DNA of 64,000 bases from NCBI GenBank assembly GCA_964016885.1, contig OZ024741.1, forward strand, positions 248,744,001 to 248,808,000, given 5' to 3'. Below, one piece after another: positions 36,301 to 49,425 of the stretch (positions are counted from its first letter, which is position 1; each line of letters opens with the position of its first letter). Position numbers and translations under genes: made by a program. The notes beneath the pieces are model-generated. The model did no database searches. It had not been told where the DNA came from and saw only the letters and a list, made by a program, of their open reading frames with translations. The stretch comes from Eledone cirrhosa. Lineage: Eukaryota.

Positions 36301-36831
36301 GGAGATAATTTCCCGCCAGCCAAGGAGAGATAACATTTAAAAAAATCAGGCGGAGATAATTTGTAAAAAAAATCAGGGGGAGATAATTTGTAAAAAAATC
36401 AGGGGGAGATAATTTGTAAAAAAAATCAGGGGTAGATAATTTCCAGCCGTCCAAGGGGAGATAATTTCCATCCTTCCAAGGGGAGATAATTTCCAGCCGT
36501 CCAAGGGGAGATAATTTCCCGCCAGCCAAGGAGAGATAATATTTAAAAAAATCAGGCGGAGATAATTTGTAAAAAAAATCAGGCGGAGATAATTTGTAAA
36601 AAAAAATCAGGGGGAGATAATTTGTAAAAAAAAATCAGGGGGAGATAATTTGTAAAAAAAAATCAGGGGGAGATAATTTGTAAAAAAAATCAAGGGGAGA
36701 TAATTTCCAGCCGTCCAAGGGGAGATAATTTTCAGCCGTCCAAGGAGAGGTAAATTCTAGCCGTCCAAGGAGATATAATTTCCAGCCGTCCAAGGGGAGA
36801 TAATTTCCAGCCGTCCAAGGGGAGATAATTT
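27356..36831. repeat. Copy 2 of the 9380-17982 segment, carrying an extra 871-bp internal duplication
   Basis: Same offsets and variants as copy 1; the offset jumps from 17978 to 18849 (871 bp) across 30.7-32.5 kb. Confidence 0.88.
30726..32493. repeat. 871-bp tandem duplication
   Basis: TCCAAAGGGA at 30781/31652, GTGAAAA (G at 31031/31902), AGGACAGG at 31581/32452; chimeric beta/alpha junction at 31597-31622. Confidence 0.92.
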
Positions 36832-39800
36832 TTAAAAAAAAATCAGGCGGAGATAATTTGTAAACAAAAATCAGGGGGAGATAATTTTTTTAAAAAAATC
36901 AGGGGGAGATAATTTGTAAAAAAAATCAAGGGGAGATAATTTCCAGCCGTCCAAGGGGAGGTAATATCTAGCCATCCAAGGGGAGATAATTTCCAGCCGT
37001 CCAAGGGGAGATAATTTCCAGCCGTCCAAGGGGAGATAATATCCAGCCGTCCAAGGAGACATATTTTCCAGCCGTCCAAGGAGAGGTAATTTCTAGCCGT
37101 CCAAGGGGAGATAAGTTCCAGCCTCCAAGGGGAGATAATTTCCAGCCAGCCAAGGGGAGATAATTTGTAAAAAAATCAGGGGGGAGATAATTTGTAAAAA
37201 AAATCAGGGGGAGATAATTTGAAAAAAAAATCAGGGGGAGATAATTTGTAAAAAATATCAAGGGGAGATAATTTCCAGCCCTCCAAGGGGCTATAATTTC
37301 CAGCCGTGCAAGGGGAGATAATTTCCAGCCGTCCAAGGGGAGATAATTTCCATCCTTCCAAGGGGAGATAATTTCCAGCCGTCCAAGGGGAGATAATTTC
37401 CCGCCAGCCAAGGGAAGATAATTTTTTAAAAAATCAGGCGGAGATTGTAAAAAAAATCAGGGGGAGATAATTTGTAAAAAAAATCAGGGGGAGATAATTT
37501 GTAAAAAAAAATCAGGGGGAGATAATTTGTAAAAAAAAATCAGGGGGAGATAATTTGTAAAAAAAATCAGGGGGAGATAATTTGTAAAAAAAATCAGGGG
37601 TAGATAATTTGTAAAAAAAATCAGGGGGAGATAATTTGTAAAAAAAATCAGGGGGAGATAATTTGTAAAAAAAATCAGGGGTAGATAATTTTCAGCCGTC
37701 CAAGGGGAGATAATTTCCATCCTTCCAAGGGGAGATAATTTCCAGCCGTCCAAGGGGAGATAATTTCCCGCCAGCCAAGGAGAGATAACATTTAAAAAAA
37801 TCAGGCGGAGATAATTTGTAAAAAAATCAGGGGGAGATAATTTGTAAAAAAAATCAGGGGTAGATAATTTTCAGCCGTCCAAGGGGAGATAATTTCCATC
37901 CTTCCAAGGGGAGATAATTTCCAGCCGTCCAAGGGGAGATAATTTCCCGCCAGCCAAGGAGAGATAACATTTAAAAAAATCAGGGGGAGATAATTTGTAA
38001 AAAAAAATCAGGGGTAGATAATTTGTAAACAAAAATCAGGGGGAGATAATTTGTAAAAAAAAATCAGGGGGAGATAATTTGTAAAAAAAAATCAGGGGGA
38101 GATAATTTGTAAAAAAAATCAAGGGGAGATAATTTGTAAAAAAAAATCAGGGGTAGATAATTTGTAAAAAAAAATCAGGGGGAGATAATTTGTAAAAAAA
38201 AATCAAGGGGAGATAATTTGTAAAAAAATCAAGGGGAGATAATTTCCAGCCGTCCAAGGGGAGATAATTTTCAGCCGTCCAAGGAGAGGTAATTTCTAGC
38301 AGTCCAAGGGGAGATAATTTCCAGCCAGCCAAGGGGAGATAATTTGTAAAAAATCAGATGTAGATAATTTGTAAAAAAAATCAGGGGGAGATAATTTGTA
38401 AAAAAAAATCAGGGGTAGATAATTTGTAAAAAAAAATCAGGGGGAGATAATTTGTAAAAAAAAAATCAGGGGGAGATAATTTGTAAAAAAAATCAGGGGG
38501 AGATAATTTGTAGAAAAAATCAGGGGTAGATAATTTGTAAAAAAAATCAGGGGGAGATAATTTGTAAAAAAAATCAGGGGGAGATAATTTGTAAAAAAAA
38601 TCAGGGGTAGATAATTTTCAGCCGTCCAAGGGGAGATAATTTCCATCCTTCCAAGGGGAGATAATTTCCAGCCGTCCAAGGGGAGATAATTTCCCGCCAG
38701 CCAAGGAGAGATAACATTTAAAAAAATCAGGCGGAGATAATTTGTAAAAAAAATCAGGGGGACATAATTTGTAAAAAAATCAGGGGGAGATAATTTGTAA
38801 AAAAAATCAGGGGTAGATAATTTCCAGCCGTCCAAGGGGAGATAATTTCCATCCTTCCAAGGGGAGATAATTTCCAGCCGTCCAAGGGTAGATAATTTCC
38901 CGCCAGCCAAGGAGAGATAATATTTAAAAAAATCAGGCGGAGATAATTTGTAAAAAAAATCAGGGGGAGATAATTTGTAAAAAAATCAGGGGGAGATAAT
39001 TTGTAAAAAAAAATCAGGGGGAGATAATTTGTAAAAAAAATCAGGGGGAGATAATTTGTAAAAAAAATCAGGGGTAGATAATTTGTAAAAAAAAATCAGG
39101 GGGAGATAATTTGTAAAAAAAAAATCAGGGGGAGATAATTTGTAAAAAAATCAAGGGGAGATAATTTCCAGCCGTCCAAGGGGAGATAATTTTCAGCCGT
39201 CCAAGGAGAGGTAATTTCTAGCCGTCCAAGGGGAGATAATTTCCAGCCGTCCAAGGGGAGATAATTTTTTTAAAAAAATCAGGCGGAGATAATTTGTAAA
39301 CAAAAATCAGGGGGAGATAATTTGTAAAAAAAAATCAGGGGGAGATAATTTGTAAAAAAAAATCAGGGGGAGATAATTTGTAAAAAAAATCAAGGGGAGA
39401 TAATTTCCAGCCGTCCAAGGGGAGGTAATATCTAGCCATCCAAGGGGAGATAATTTCCAGCCGTCCAAGGGGAGATAATTTCCAGCCGTCCAAGGGGAGA
39501 TAATATCCAGCCGTCCAAGGAGACATATTTTCCAGCCGTCCAAGGAGAGGTAATTTCTAGCCGTCCAAGAGGAGATAAGTTCCAGCCTCCAAGGGGAGAT
39601 AATTTCCAGCCAGCCAAGGGGAGATAATTTGTAAAAAAATCAGGGGGAGATAATTTGTAAAAAAAAAATCAGGGGGAGATAATTTGTAAAAAAATCAGGG
39701 GGAGATAATTTGTAAAAAAAAAATCAGGGGGAGATAATTTGTAAAAAAAATCAGGGGGAGATAATTTGTAAAAAAAATCAGGGGTAGATAATTTGTAAAA

Positions 39801-42800
39801 AAAATCAGGGGGAGATAATTTGTAAAAAAATCAGGGGGAGATAATTTGTAAAAAAAATCAGGGGTAGATAATTTCCAGCCGTCCAAGGGGAGATAATTTC
39901 CATCCTTCCAAGGGGAGATAATTTCCAGCCGTCCAAGGGGAGATAATTTCCCGCCAGCCAAGGAGAGATAATATTTAAAAAAATCAGGCGGAGATAATTT
40001 GTAAAAAAAATCAGGGGGAGATAATTTGTAAAAAAATCAGGGGGAGATAATTTGTAAAAAAAAATCAGGGGGAGATAATTTGTAAAAAAAATCAGGGGGA
40101 GATAATTTGTAAAAAAAATCAGGGGTAGATAATTTGTAAAAAAAAATCAGGGGGAGATAATTTGTAAAAAAAAAATCAGGGGGAGATAATTTGTAAAAAA
40201 ATCAAGGGGAGATAATTTCCAGCCGTCCAAGGGGAGATAATTTTCAGCCGTCCAAGGAGAGGTAATTTCTAGCCGTCCAAGGGGAGATAATTTCCAGCCG
40301 TCCAAGGGGAGATAATTTTTTTAAAAAAATCAGGCGGAGATAATTTGTAAACAAAAATCAGGGGGAGATAATTTGTAAAAAAAAATCAGGGGGAGATAAT
40401 TTGTAAAAAAAAATCAGGGGGAGATAATTTGTAAAAAAAATCAAGGGGAGATAATTTCCAGCCGTCCAAGGGGAGGTAATATCTAGCCATCCAAGGGGAG
40501 ATAATTTCCAGCCGTCCAAGGGGAGATAATTTCCAGCCGTCCAAGGGGAGATAATATCCAGCCGTCCAAGGAGACATATTTTCCAGCCGTCCAAGGAGAG
40601 GTAATTTCTAGCCGTCCAAGGGGAGATAAGTTCCAGCCTCCAAGGGGAGATAATTTCCCGCCAGCCAAGGAGAGATAACATTTAAAAAAATCAGGCGGAG
40701 ATAATTTGTAAAAAAAATCAGGGGGAGATAATTTGTAAAAAAATCAGGGGGAGATAATTTGTAAAAAAAATCAGGGGTAGATAATTTCCAGCCGTCCAAG
40801 GGGAGATAATTTCCATCCTTCCAAGGCGAGATAATTTCCAGCCGTCCAAGGGGAGATAATTTCGCGCCAGCCAAGGAGAGATAATATTTAAAAAAATCAG
40901 GCGGAGATAATTTGTAAAAAAAATCAGGGGGAGATAATTTGTAAAAAAATCAGGGGGAGATAATTTGTAAAAAAAAATCAGGGGGAGATAATTTGTAAAA
41001 AAAATCAGGGGGAGATAATTTGTAAAAAAAAATCAGGGGTAGATACTTTGTAAAAAAAAATCAGGGGGAGATAATTTGTAAAAAAAATCAAGGGGAGATA
41101 ATTTCCAGCCGTCCAAGGGGAGATAATTTTCAGCCGTCCAAGGAGAGGTAAATTCTAGCCGTCCAAGGAGATATAATTTCCAGCCGTCCAAGGGGAGATA
41201 ATTTCCAGCCGTCCAAGGGGAGATAATTTTTAAAAAAAAATCAGGCGGAGATAATTTGTAAACAAAAATCAGGGGGAGATAATTTTAAAAAAAAAATCAG
41301 GGGGAGATAATTTGTAAAAAAAAATCAGGGGGAGATAATTTGTAAAAATAATCAAGGGGAGATAATTTTCAGCCGTCCAAGGGGAGGTAATATCTAGCCA
41401 TCCAAGGGGAGATAATTTCCAGCCGTCCAAGGGGAGATAATTTCCAGCCGTCCAAGGGGAGATAATATCCAGCCGTCCAAGGAGACATATTTTCCAGCCG
41501 TCCAAGGAGAGGTAATTTCTAGCCGTCCAAGGGGAGATAAGTTCCAGCCTCCAAGGGGAGATAATTTCCAGCCAGCCAAGGGGAGATAATTTGTAAAAAA
41601 ATCAGGGGGGAGATAATTTGTAAAAAAAATCAGGGGGAGATAATTTGAAAAAAAAATCAGGGGGAGATAATTTGTAAAAAATATCAAGGGGAGATAATTT
41701 CCAGCCCTCCAAGGGGCTATAATTTCCAGCCGTGCAAGGGGAGATAATTTCCAGCCGTCCAAGGGGAGATAATTTCCATCCTTCCAAGGGGAGATAATTT
41801 CCAGCCGTCCAAGGGGAGATAATTTCCCGCCAGCCAAGGGAAGATAATTTTTTAAAAAATCAGGCGGAGATTGTAAAAAAAATCAGGGGGAGATAATTTG
41901 TAAAAAAATCAGGGGGAGATAATTTGTAAAAAAAAAATCAGGGGGAGTTAATTTGTAAAAAAAAATCAGGGGGAGATAATTTGTAAAAAAAATCAGGGGG
42001 AGATAATTTGTAAAAAAAATCAGGGGTAGATAATTTGTAAAAAAAATCAGGGGGAGATAATTTGTAAAAAAAATCAGGGGGAGATAATTTGTAAAAAAAA
42101 TCAGGGGTAGATAATTTTCAGCCGTCCAAGGGGAGATAATTTCCATCCTTCCAAGGGGAGATAATTTCCAGCCGTCCAAGGGGAGATAATTTCCCGCCAG
42201 CCAAGGAGAGATAACATTTAAAAAAATCAGGCGGAGATAATTTGTAAAAAAATCAGGGGGAGATAATTTGTAAAAAAAATCAGGGGTAGATAATTTTCAG
42301 CCGTCCAAGGGGAGATAATTTCCATCCTTCCAAGGGGAGATAATTTCCAGCCGTCCAAGGGGAGATAATTTCCCGCCAGCCAAGGAGAGATAACATTTAA
42401 AAAAATCAGGGGGAGATAATTTGTGAAAAAAAATCAGGGGGAGATAATTCGTAAAAAAAATCAGGGGGAGATAATTTGTAAAAAAAAATCAGGGGTAGAT
42501 AATTTGTAAAAAAAAATCAGGGGGAGATAATTTGTAAAAAAAAAATCAGGGGGAGATAATTTGTAAAAAAATCAAGGGGAGATAATTTCCAGCCGTCCAA
42601 GGGGAGATAATTTTCAGCCGTCCAAGGAGAGGTAATTTCTAGCCGTCCAAGGGGAGATAATTTCCAGCCGTCCAAGGGGAGATAATTTTTTTAAAAAAAT
42701 CAGGCGGAGATAATTTGTAAACAAAAATCAGGGGGAGATAATTTGTAAAAAAAAATCAGGGGGAGATAATTTGTAAAAAAAAATCAGGGGGAGATAATTT

Positions 42801-45800
42801 GTAAAAAAAATCAAGGGGAGATAATTTGTAAAAAAAAATCAGGGGTAGATAATTTGTAAAAAAAAATCAGGGGGAGATAATTTGTAAAAAAAAAATCAGG
42901 GGGAGATAATTTGTAAAAAAATCAAGGGGAGATAATTTCCAGCCGTCCAAGGGGAGATAATTTTCAGCCGTCCAAGGACAGGTAATTTCTAGCCGTCCAA
43001 GGGGAGATAATTTCCAGCCAGCCAAGGGGAGATAATTTGTAAAAAAATCAGGGGTAGATAATTTGTAAAAAAAAATCAGGGGGAGATAATTTGTAAAAAA
43101 AATCAGGGGGAGATAATTTGTAAAAAAAATCAGGGGTAGATAATTTCCAGCCGTCCAAGGGGAGATAATTTCCATCCTTCCAAGGGGAGACAATTTCCAG
43201 CCGTCCAAGGGGAGATAATTTCCCGCCAGCCAAGGAGAGATAACATTTAAAAAAATCAGGCGGAGATAATTTGTAAAAAAAATCAGGGGGAGATAATTTG
43301 TAAAAAAATCAGGGGTAGATAATTTCCAGCCGTCCAAGGGGAGATAATTTCCATCCTTCCAAGGGGAGATAATTTCCAGCCGTCCAAGGGGAGATAATTT
43401 CCCGCCAGCCAAGGAGAGATAATATTTAAAAAAATCAGGCGGAGATAATTTGTAAAAAAAATCAGGGGGAGATAATTTGTAAAAAAATCAGGGGGAGATA
43501 ATTTGTAAAAAAAAATCAGGGGAGATAATTTGTAAAAAAAATCAGGGGGAGATAATTTGTAAAAAAAAATCAGGGGTAGATAATTTGTAAAAAAAAATCA
43601 GGGGGAGATAATTTGTAAAAAAAAAATCAGGGGGAGATAATTTGTAAAAAAATCAAGGGGAGATAATTTCCAGCCGTCCAAGGGGAGATAATTTTCAGCC
43701 GTCCAAGGAGGTAATTTCTAGCCGTCCAAGGGGAGATAATTTCCAGCCGTCCAAGGGGAGATAATTTTTTTTAAAAAATCAGGCGGAGATAATTTGTAAA
43801 CAAAAATCAGGGGGAGATAATTTGTAAAAAAAAATCAGGGGGAGATAATTTGTAAAAAAAAATCAGGGGGAGATAATTTGTAAAAAAAATCAAGGGGAGA
43901 TAATTTCCAGCCGTCCAAGGGGAGGTAATATTTAGCCATCCAAGGGGAGATAATTTCCAGCCGTCCAAGGGGAGATAATTTCCAGCCGTCCAAGGGGAGA
44001 TAATATCCAGCCGTCCAAGGAGACATATTTTCCAGCCGTCCAAGGAGAGGTAATTTCTAGCCGTCCAAGGGGAGATAAGTTCCAGCCTCCAAGGGGAGAT
44101 AATTTCCAGCCAGCCAAGGGGAGATAATTTGTAAAAAAATCAGGGGGGAGATAATTTGTAAAAAAAATCAGGGGGAGATAATTTGAAAAAAAAATCAGGG
44201 GGAGATAATTTGTAAAAAATATCAAGGGGAGATAATTTCCAGCCCTCCAAGGGGCTATAATTTCCAGCCGTGCAAGGGGAGATAATTTCCAGCCGTCCAA
44301 GGGGAGATAATTTCCATCCTTCCAAGGGGAGATAATTTCCAGCCGTCCAAGGGGAGATAATTTCCCGCCAGCCAAGGGAAGATAATTTTTTAAAAAATCA
44401 GGCGGAGATTGTAAAAAAAATCAGGGGGAGATAATTTGTAAAAAAATCAGGGGGAGATAATTTGTAAAAAAAAATCAGGGGGAGATAATTTGTAAAAAAA
44501 AATCAGGGGGAGATAATTTGTAAAAAAAATCAGGGGGAGATAATTTGTAAAAAAAATCAGGGGTAGATAATTTGTAAAAAAAATCAGGGGGAGATAATTT
44601 GTAAAAAAAATCAGGGGGAGATAATTTGTAAAAAAAATCAGGGGTAGATGATTTTCAGCCGTCCAAGGGGAGATAATTTCCATCCTTCCAAGGGGAGATA
44701 ATTTCCAGCCGTCCAAGGGGAGATAATTTCCCGCCAGCCAAGGAGAGATAACATTTAAAAAAATCAGGCGGAGATAATTTGTAAAAAAATCAGGGGGAGA
44801 TAATTTGTAAAAAAAATCAGGGGTAGATAATTTTCAGCCGTCCAAGGGGAGATAATTTCCATCCTTCCAAGGGGAGATAATTTCCAGCCGTCCAAGGGGA
44901 GATAATTTCCCGCCAGCCAAGGAGAGATAACATTTAAAAAAATCAGGGGGAGATAATTTGTAAAAAAAAATCAGGGGGAGATAATTCGTAAAAAAAAATC
45001 AGGGGGAGATAATTTGTAAAAAAAATCAGGGGTAGATAATTTGTAAAAAAAAATCAGGGGGAGATAATTTGTAAAAAAAAAATCAGGGGGAGATAATTTG
45101 TAAAAAAATCAAGGGGAGATAATTTCCAGCCGTCCAAGGGGAGATAATTTTCAGCCGTCCAAGGAGAGTTAATTTCTAGCCGTCCAAGGGGAGATAATTT
45201 CCAGCCGTCCAAGGGGAGATAATTTTTTTAAAAAAATCAGGCGGAGATAATTTGTAAACAAAAATCAGGGGGAGATAATTTGTAAAAAAAAATCAGGGGG
45301 AGATAATTTGTAAAAAAAAATCAGGGGGAGATAATTTGTAAAAAAAATCAAGGGGAGATAATTTGTAAAAAAAAATCAGGGGTAGATAATTTGTAAAAAA
45401 AAATCAGGGGGAGATAATTTGTAAAAAAAAAATCAGGGGGAGATAATTTGTAAAAAAATCAAGGGGAGATAATTTCCAGCCGTCCAAGGGGAGATAATTT
45501 TCAGCCGTCCAAGGAGAGGTAATTTCTAGCCGTCCAAGGGGAGATAATTTCCAGCCAGCCAAGGGGAGATAATTTGTAAAAAATCAGATGTAGATAATTT
45601 GTAAAAAAAAATCAGGGGGAGATAATTTGTAAAAAAAATCAGGGGGAGATAATTTGTAAAAAAAATCAGGGGTAGATAATTTCCAGCCGTCCAAGGGGAG
45701 ATAATTTCCATCCTTCCAAGGGGAGATAATTTCCAGCCGTCCAAGGGGAGATAATTTCCCGCCAGCCAAGGAGAGATAATATTTAAAAAAATCAGGCGGA

Positions 45801-45918
45801 GATAATTTGTAAAAAAAATCAGGGGGAGATAATTTGTAAAAAAATCAGGGGGAGATAATTTGTAAAAAAAAATCAGGGGAGATAATTTGTAAAAAAAATC
45901 AGGGGGAGATAATTTGTA

Positions 45919-48091
45919 AAAAAAAATCAGGGGTAGATAATTTGTAAAAAAAAATCAGGGAGAGATAATTTGTAAAAAAAAAATCAGGGGGAGATAATTT
46001 GTAAAAAAATCAAGGGGAGATAATTTCCAGCCGTCCAAGGGGAGATAATTTTCAGCCGTCCAAGGAGGTAATTTCTAGCCGTCCAAGGGGAGATAATTTC
46101 CAGCCGTCCAAGGGGAGATAATTTTTTTTAAAAAATCAGGCGGAGATAATTTGTAAACAAAAATCAGGGGGAGATAATTTGTAAAAAAAAATCAGGGGGA
46201 GATAATTTGTAAAAAAAAATCAGGGGGAGATAATTTGTAAAAAAAATCAAGGGGAGATAATTTCCAGCCGTCCAAGGGGAGGTAATATCTAGCCATCCAA
46301 GGGGAGATAATCTCCAGCCGTCCAAGGGGAGATAATTTCCAGCCGTCCAAGGGGAGATAATATCCAGCCGTCCAAGGAGACATATTTTCCAGCCGTCCAA
46401 GGAGAGGTAATTTCTAGCCGTCCAAGGGGAGATAAGTTCCAGCCTCCAAGGTAGATAATTTTCAGCCGTCCAAGGGGAGATAATTTCCATCCTTCCAAGG
46501 GGAGATAATTTCCAGCCGTCCAAGGGGAGATAATTTCCCGCCAGCCAAGGAGAGATAACATTTAAAAAAATCAGGCGGAGATAATTTGTAAAAAAATCAG
46601 GGGGAGATAATTTGTAAAAAAAATCAGGGGTAGATAATTTTCAGCCGTCCAAGGGGAGATAATTTCCATCCTTCCAAGGGGAGATAATTTCCAGCCGTCC
46701 AAGGGGAGATAATTTCCCGCCAGCCAAGGAGAGATAACATTTAAAAAAATCAGGCGGAGATAATTTGTAAAAAAAATCAGGGGGAGATAATTTGTAAAAA
46801 AATCAGGGGGAGATAATTTGTAAAAAAAATCAGGGGTAGATAATTTCCAGCCGTCCAAGGGGAGATAATTTCCATCCTTCCAAGGGGAGATAATTTCCAG
46901 CCGTCCAAGGGGAGATAATTTCCCGCCAGCCAAGGAGAGATAATATTTAAAAAAATCAGGCGGAGATAATTTGTAAAAAAAATCAGGGGGAGATAATTTG
47001 TAAAAAAAATCAGGGGTAGATAATTTGTAAAAAAAAATCAGGGAGAGATAATTTGTAAAAAAAAAATCAGGGGGAGATAATTTGTAAAAAAATCAAGGGG
47101 AGATAATTTCCAGCCGTCCAAGGGGAGATAATTTTCAGCCGTCCAAGGAGGTAATTTCTAGCCGTCCAAGGGGAGATAATTTCCAGCCGTCCAAGGGGAG
47201 ATAATTTTTTTTAAAAAATCAGGCGGAGATAATTTGTAAACAAAAATCAGGGGGAGATAATTTGTAAAAAAAAATCAGGGGGAGATAATTTGTAAAAAAA
47301 AATCAGGGGGAGATAATTTGTAAAAAAAATCAAGGGGAGATAATTTCCAGCCGTCCAAGGGGAGGTAATATCTAGCCATCCAAGGGGAGATAATCTCCAG
47401 CCGTCCAAGGGGAGATAATTTCCAGCCGTCCAAGGGGAGATAATATCCAGCCGTCCAAGGAGACATATTTTCCAGCCGTCCAAGGAGAGGTAATTTCTAG
47501 CCGTCCAAGGGGAGATAAGTTCCAGCCTCCAAGGTAGATAATTTTCAGCCGTCCAAGGGGAGATAATTTCCATCCTTCCAAGGGGAGATAATTTCCAGCC
47601 GTCCAAGGGGAGATAATTTCCCGCCAGCCAAGGAGAGATAACATTTAAAAAAATCAGGCGGAGATAATTTGTAAAAAAATCAGGGGGAGATAATTTGTAA
47701 AAAAAATCAGGGGTAGATAATTTTCAGCCGTCCAAGGGGAGATAATTTCCATCCTTCCAAGGGGAGATAATTTCCAGCCGTCCAAGGGGAGATAATTTCC
47801 CGCCAGCCAAGGAGAGATAACATTTAAAAAAATCAGGCGGAGATAATTTGTAAAAAAAATCAGGGGGAGATAATTTGTAAAAAAATCAGGGGGAGATAAT
47901 TTGTAAAAAAAATCAGGGGTAGATAATTTCCAGCCGTCCAAGGGGAGATAATTTCCATCCTTCCAAGGGGAGATAATTTCCAGCCGTCCAAGGGGAGATA
48001 ATTTCCCGCCAGCCAAGGAGAGATAATATTTAAAAAAATCAGGCGGAGATAATTTGTAAAAAAAATCAGGGGGAGATAATTTGTAAAAAAA
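45919..48091. repeat. 1083-bp tandem duplication
   Basis: ORFs 46164/47247, 46289/47372, 46571/47654; CCTCCAAGGTAGAT at 46443/47526; CAGGGAGAGAT at 45956/47039. Confidence 0.92.
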
Positions 48092-49425
48092 TCAGGGGGA
48101 GATAATTTGTAAAAAAAAATCAGGGGGAGATAATTTGTAAAAAAATCAGGGGGAGATAATTTGTAAAAAAAATCAGGGGTAGATAATTTGTAAAAAAAAA
48201 TCAGGGGGAGATAATTTGTAAAAAAAAAATCAGGGGGAGATAATTTGTAAAAAAATCAAGGGGAGATAATTTCCAGCCGTCCAAGGGGAGATAATTTTCA
48301 GCCGTCCAAGGAGAGGTAATTTCTAGCCGTCCAAGGGGAGATAATTTCCAGCCGTCCAAGGGGAGATAATTTTTTTTAAAAAATCAGGCGGAGATAATTT
48401 GTAAACAAAAATCAGGGGGAGATAATTTGTAAAAAAAAATCAGGGGGAGATAATTTGTAAAAAAAAATCAGGGGGAGATAATTTGTAAAAAAAATCAAGG
48501 GGAGATAATTTCCAGCCGTCCAAGGGGAGGTAATATCTAGCCATCCAAGGGGAGATAATTTCCAGCCGTCCAAGGGGAGATAATTTCCAGCCGTCCAAGG
48601 GGAGATAATATCCAGCCATCCAAGGAGACTTATTTTCCAGCCGTCCAAGGAGAGGTAATTTCTAGCCGTCCAAGGGGAGATAAGTTCCTGCCTCCAAGGG
48701 GAGATAATTTCCAGCCAGCCAAGGGGAGATAATTTGTAAAAAAATCAGGGGGAGATAATTTGTAAAAAAAAAATCAGGGGGAGATAATTTGTAAAAAAAT
48801 CAGGGGGAGATAATTTGTAAAAAAAAAATCAGGGGGAGATAATTTGTAAAAAAAATCAGGGGGAGATAATTTGTAAAAAAAATCAGGGGTAGATAATTTG
48901 TAAAAAAAATCAGGGGGAGATAATTTGTAAAAAAAATCAGGGGGAGATAATTTGTAAAAAAAATCAGGGGTAGATAATTTTCAGCCCTCCAAGGGGAGAT
49001 AATTTCCATCCTTCCAAGGGGAGATAATTTCCAGCCGTCCAAGGGGAGATAATTTCCCGCCAGCCAAGGAGAGATAACATTTAAAAAAATCAGGCGGAGA
49101 TAATTTGTAAAAAAAATCAGGGGGAGATAATTTGTAAAAAAATCAGGGGGAGATAATTTGTAAAAAAAATCAGGGGTAGATAATTTCCAGCCGTCCAAGG
49201 GGAGATAATTTCCATCCTTCCAAGGGGAGATAATTTCCAGCCGTCCAAGGGGAGATAATTTCCCGCCAGCCAAGGAGAGATAATATTTAAAAAAATCAGG
49301 CGGAGATAATTTGTAAAAAAAATCAGGCGGAGATAATTTGTAAAAAAAAATCAGGGGGAGATAATTTGTAAAAAAAAATCAGGGGGAGATAATTTGTAAA
49401 AAAAAATCAGGGGGAGATAATTTGT

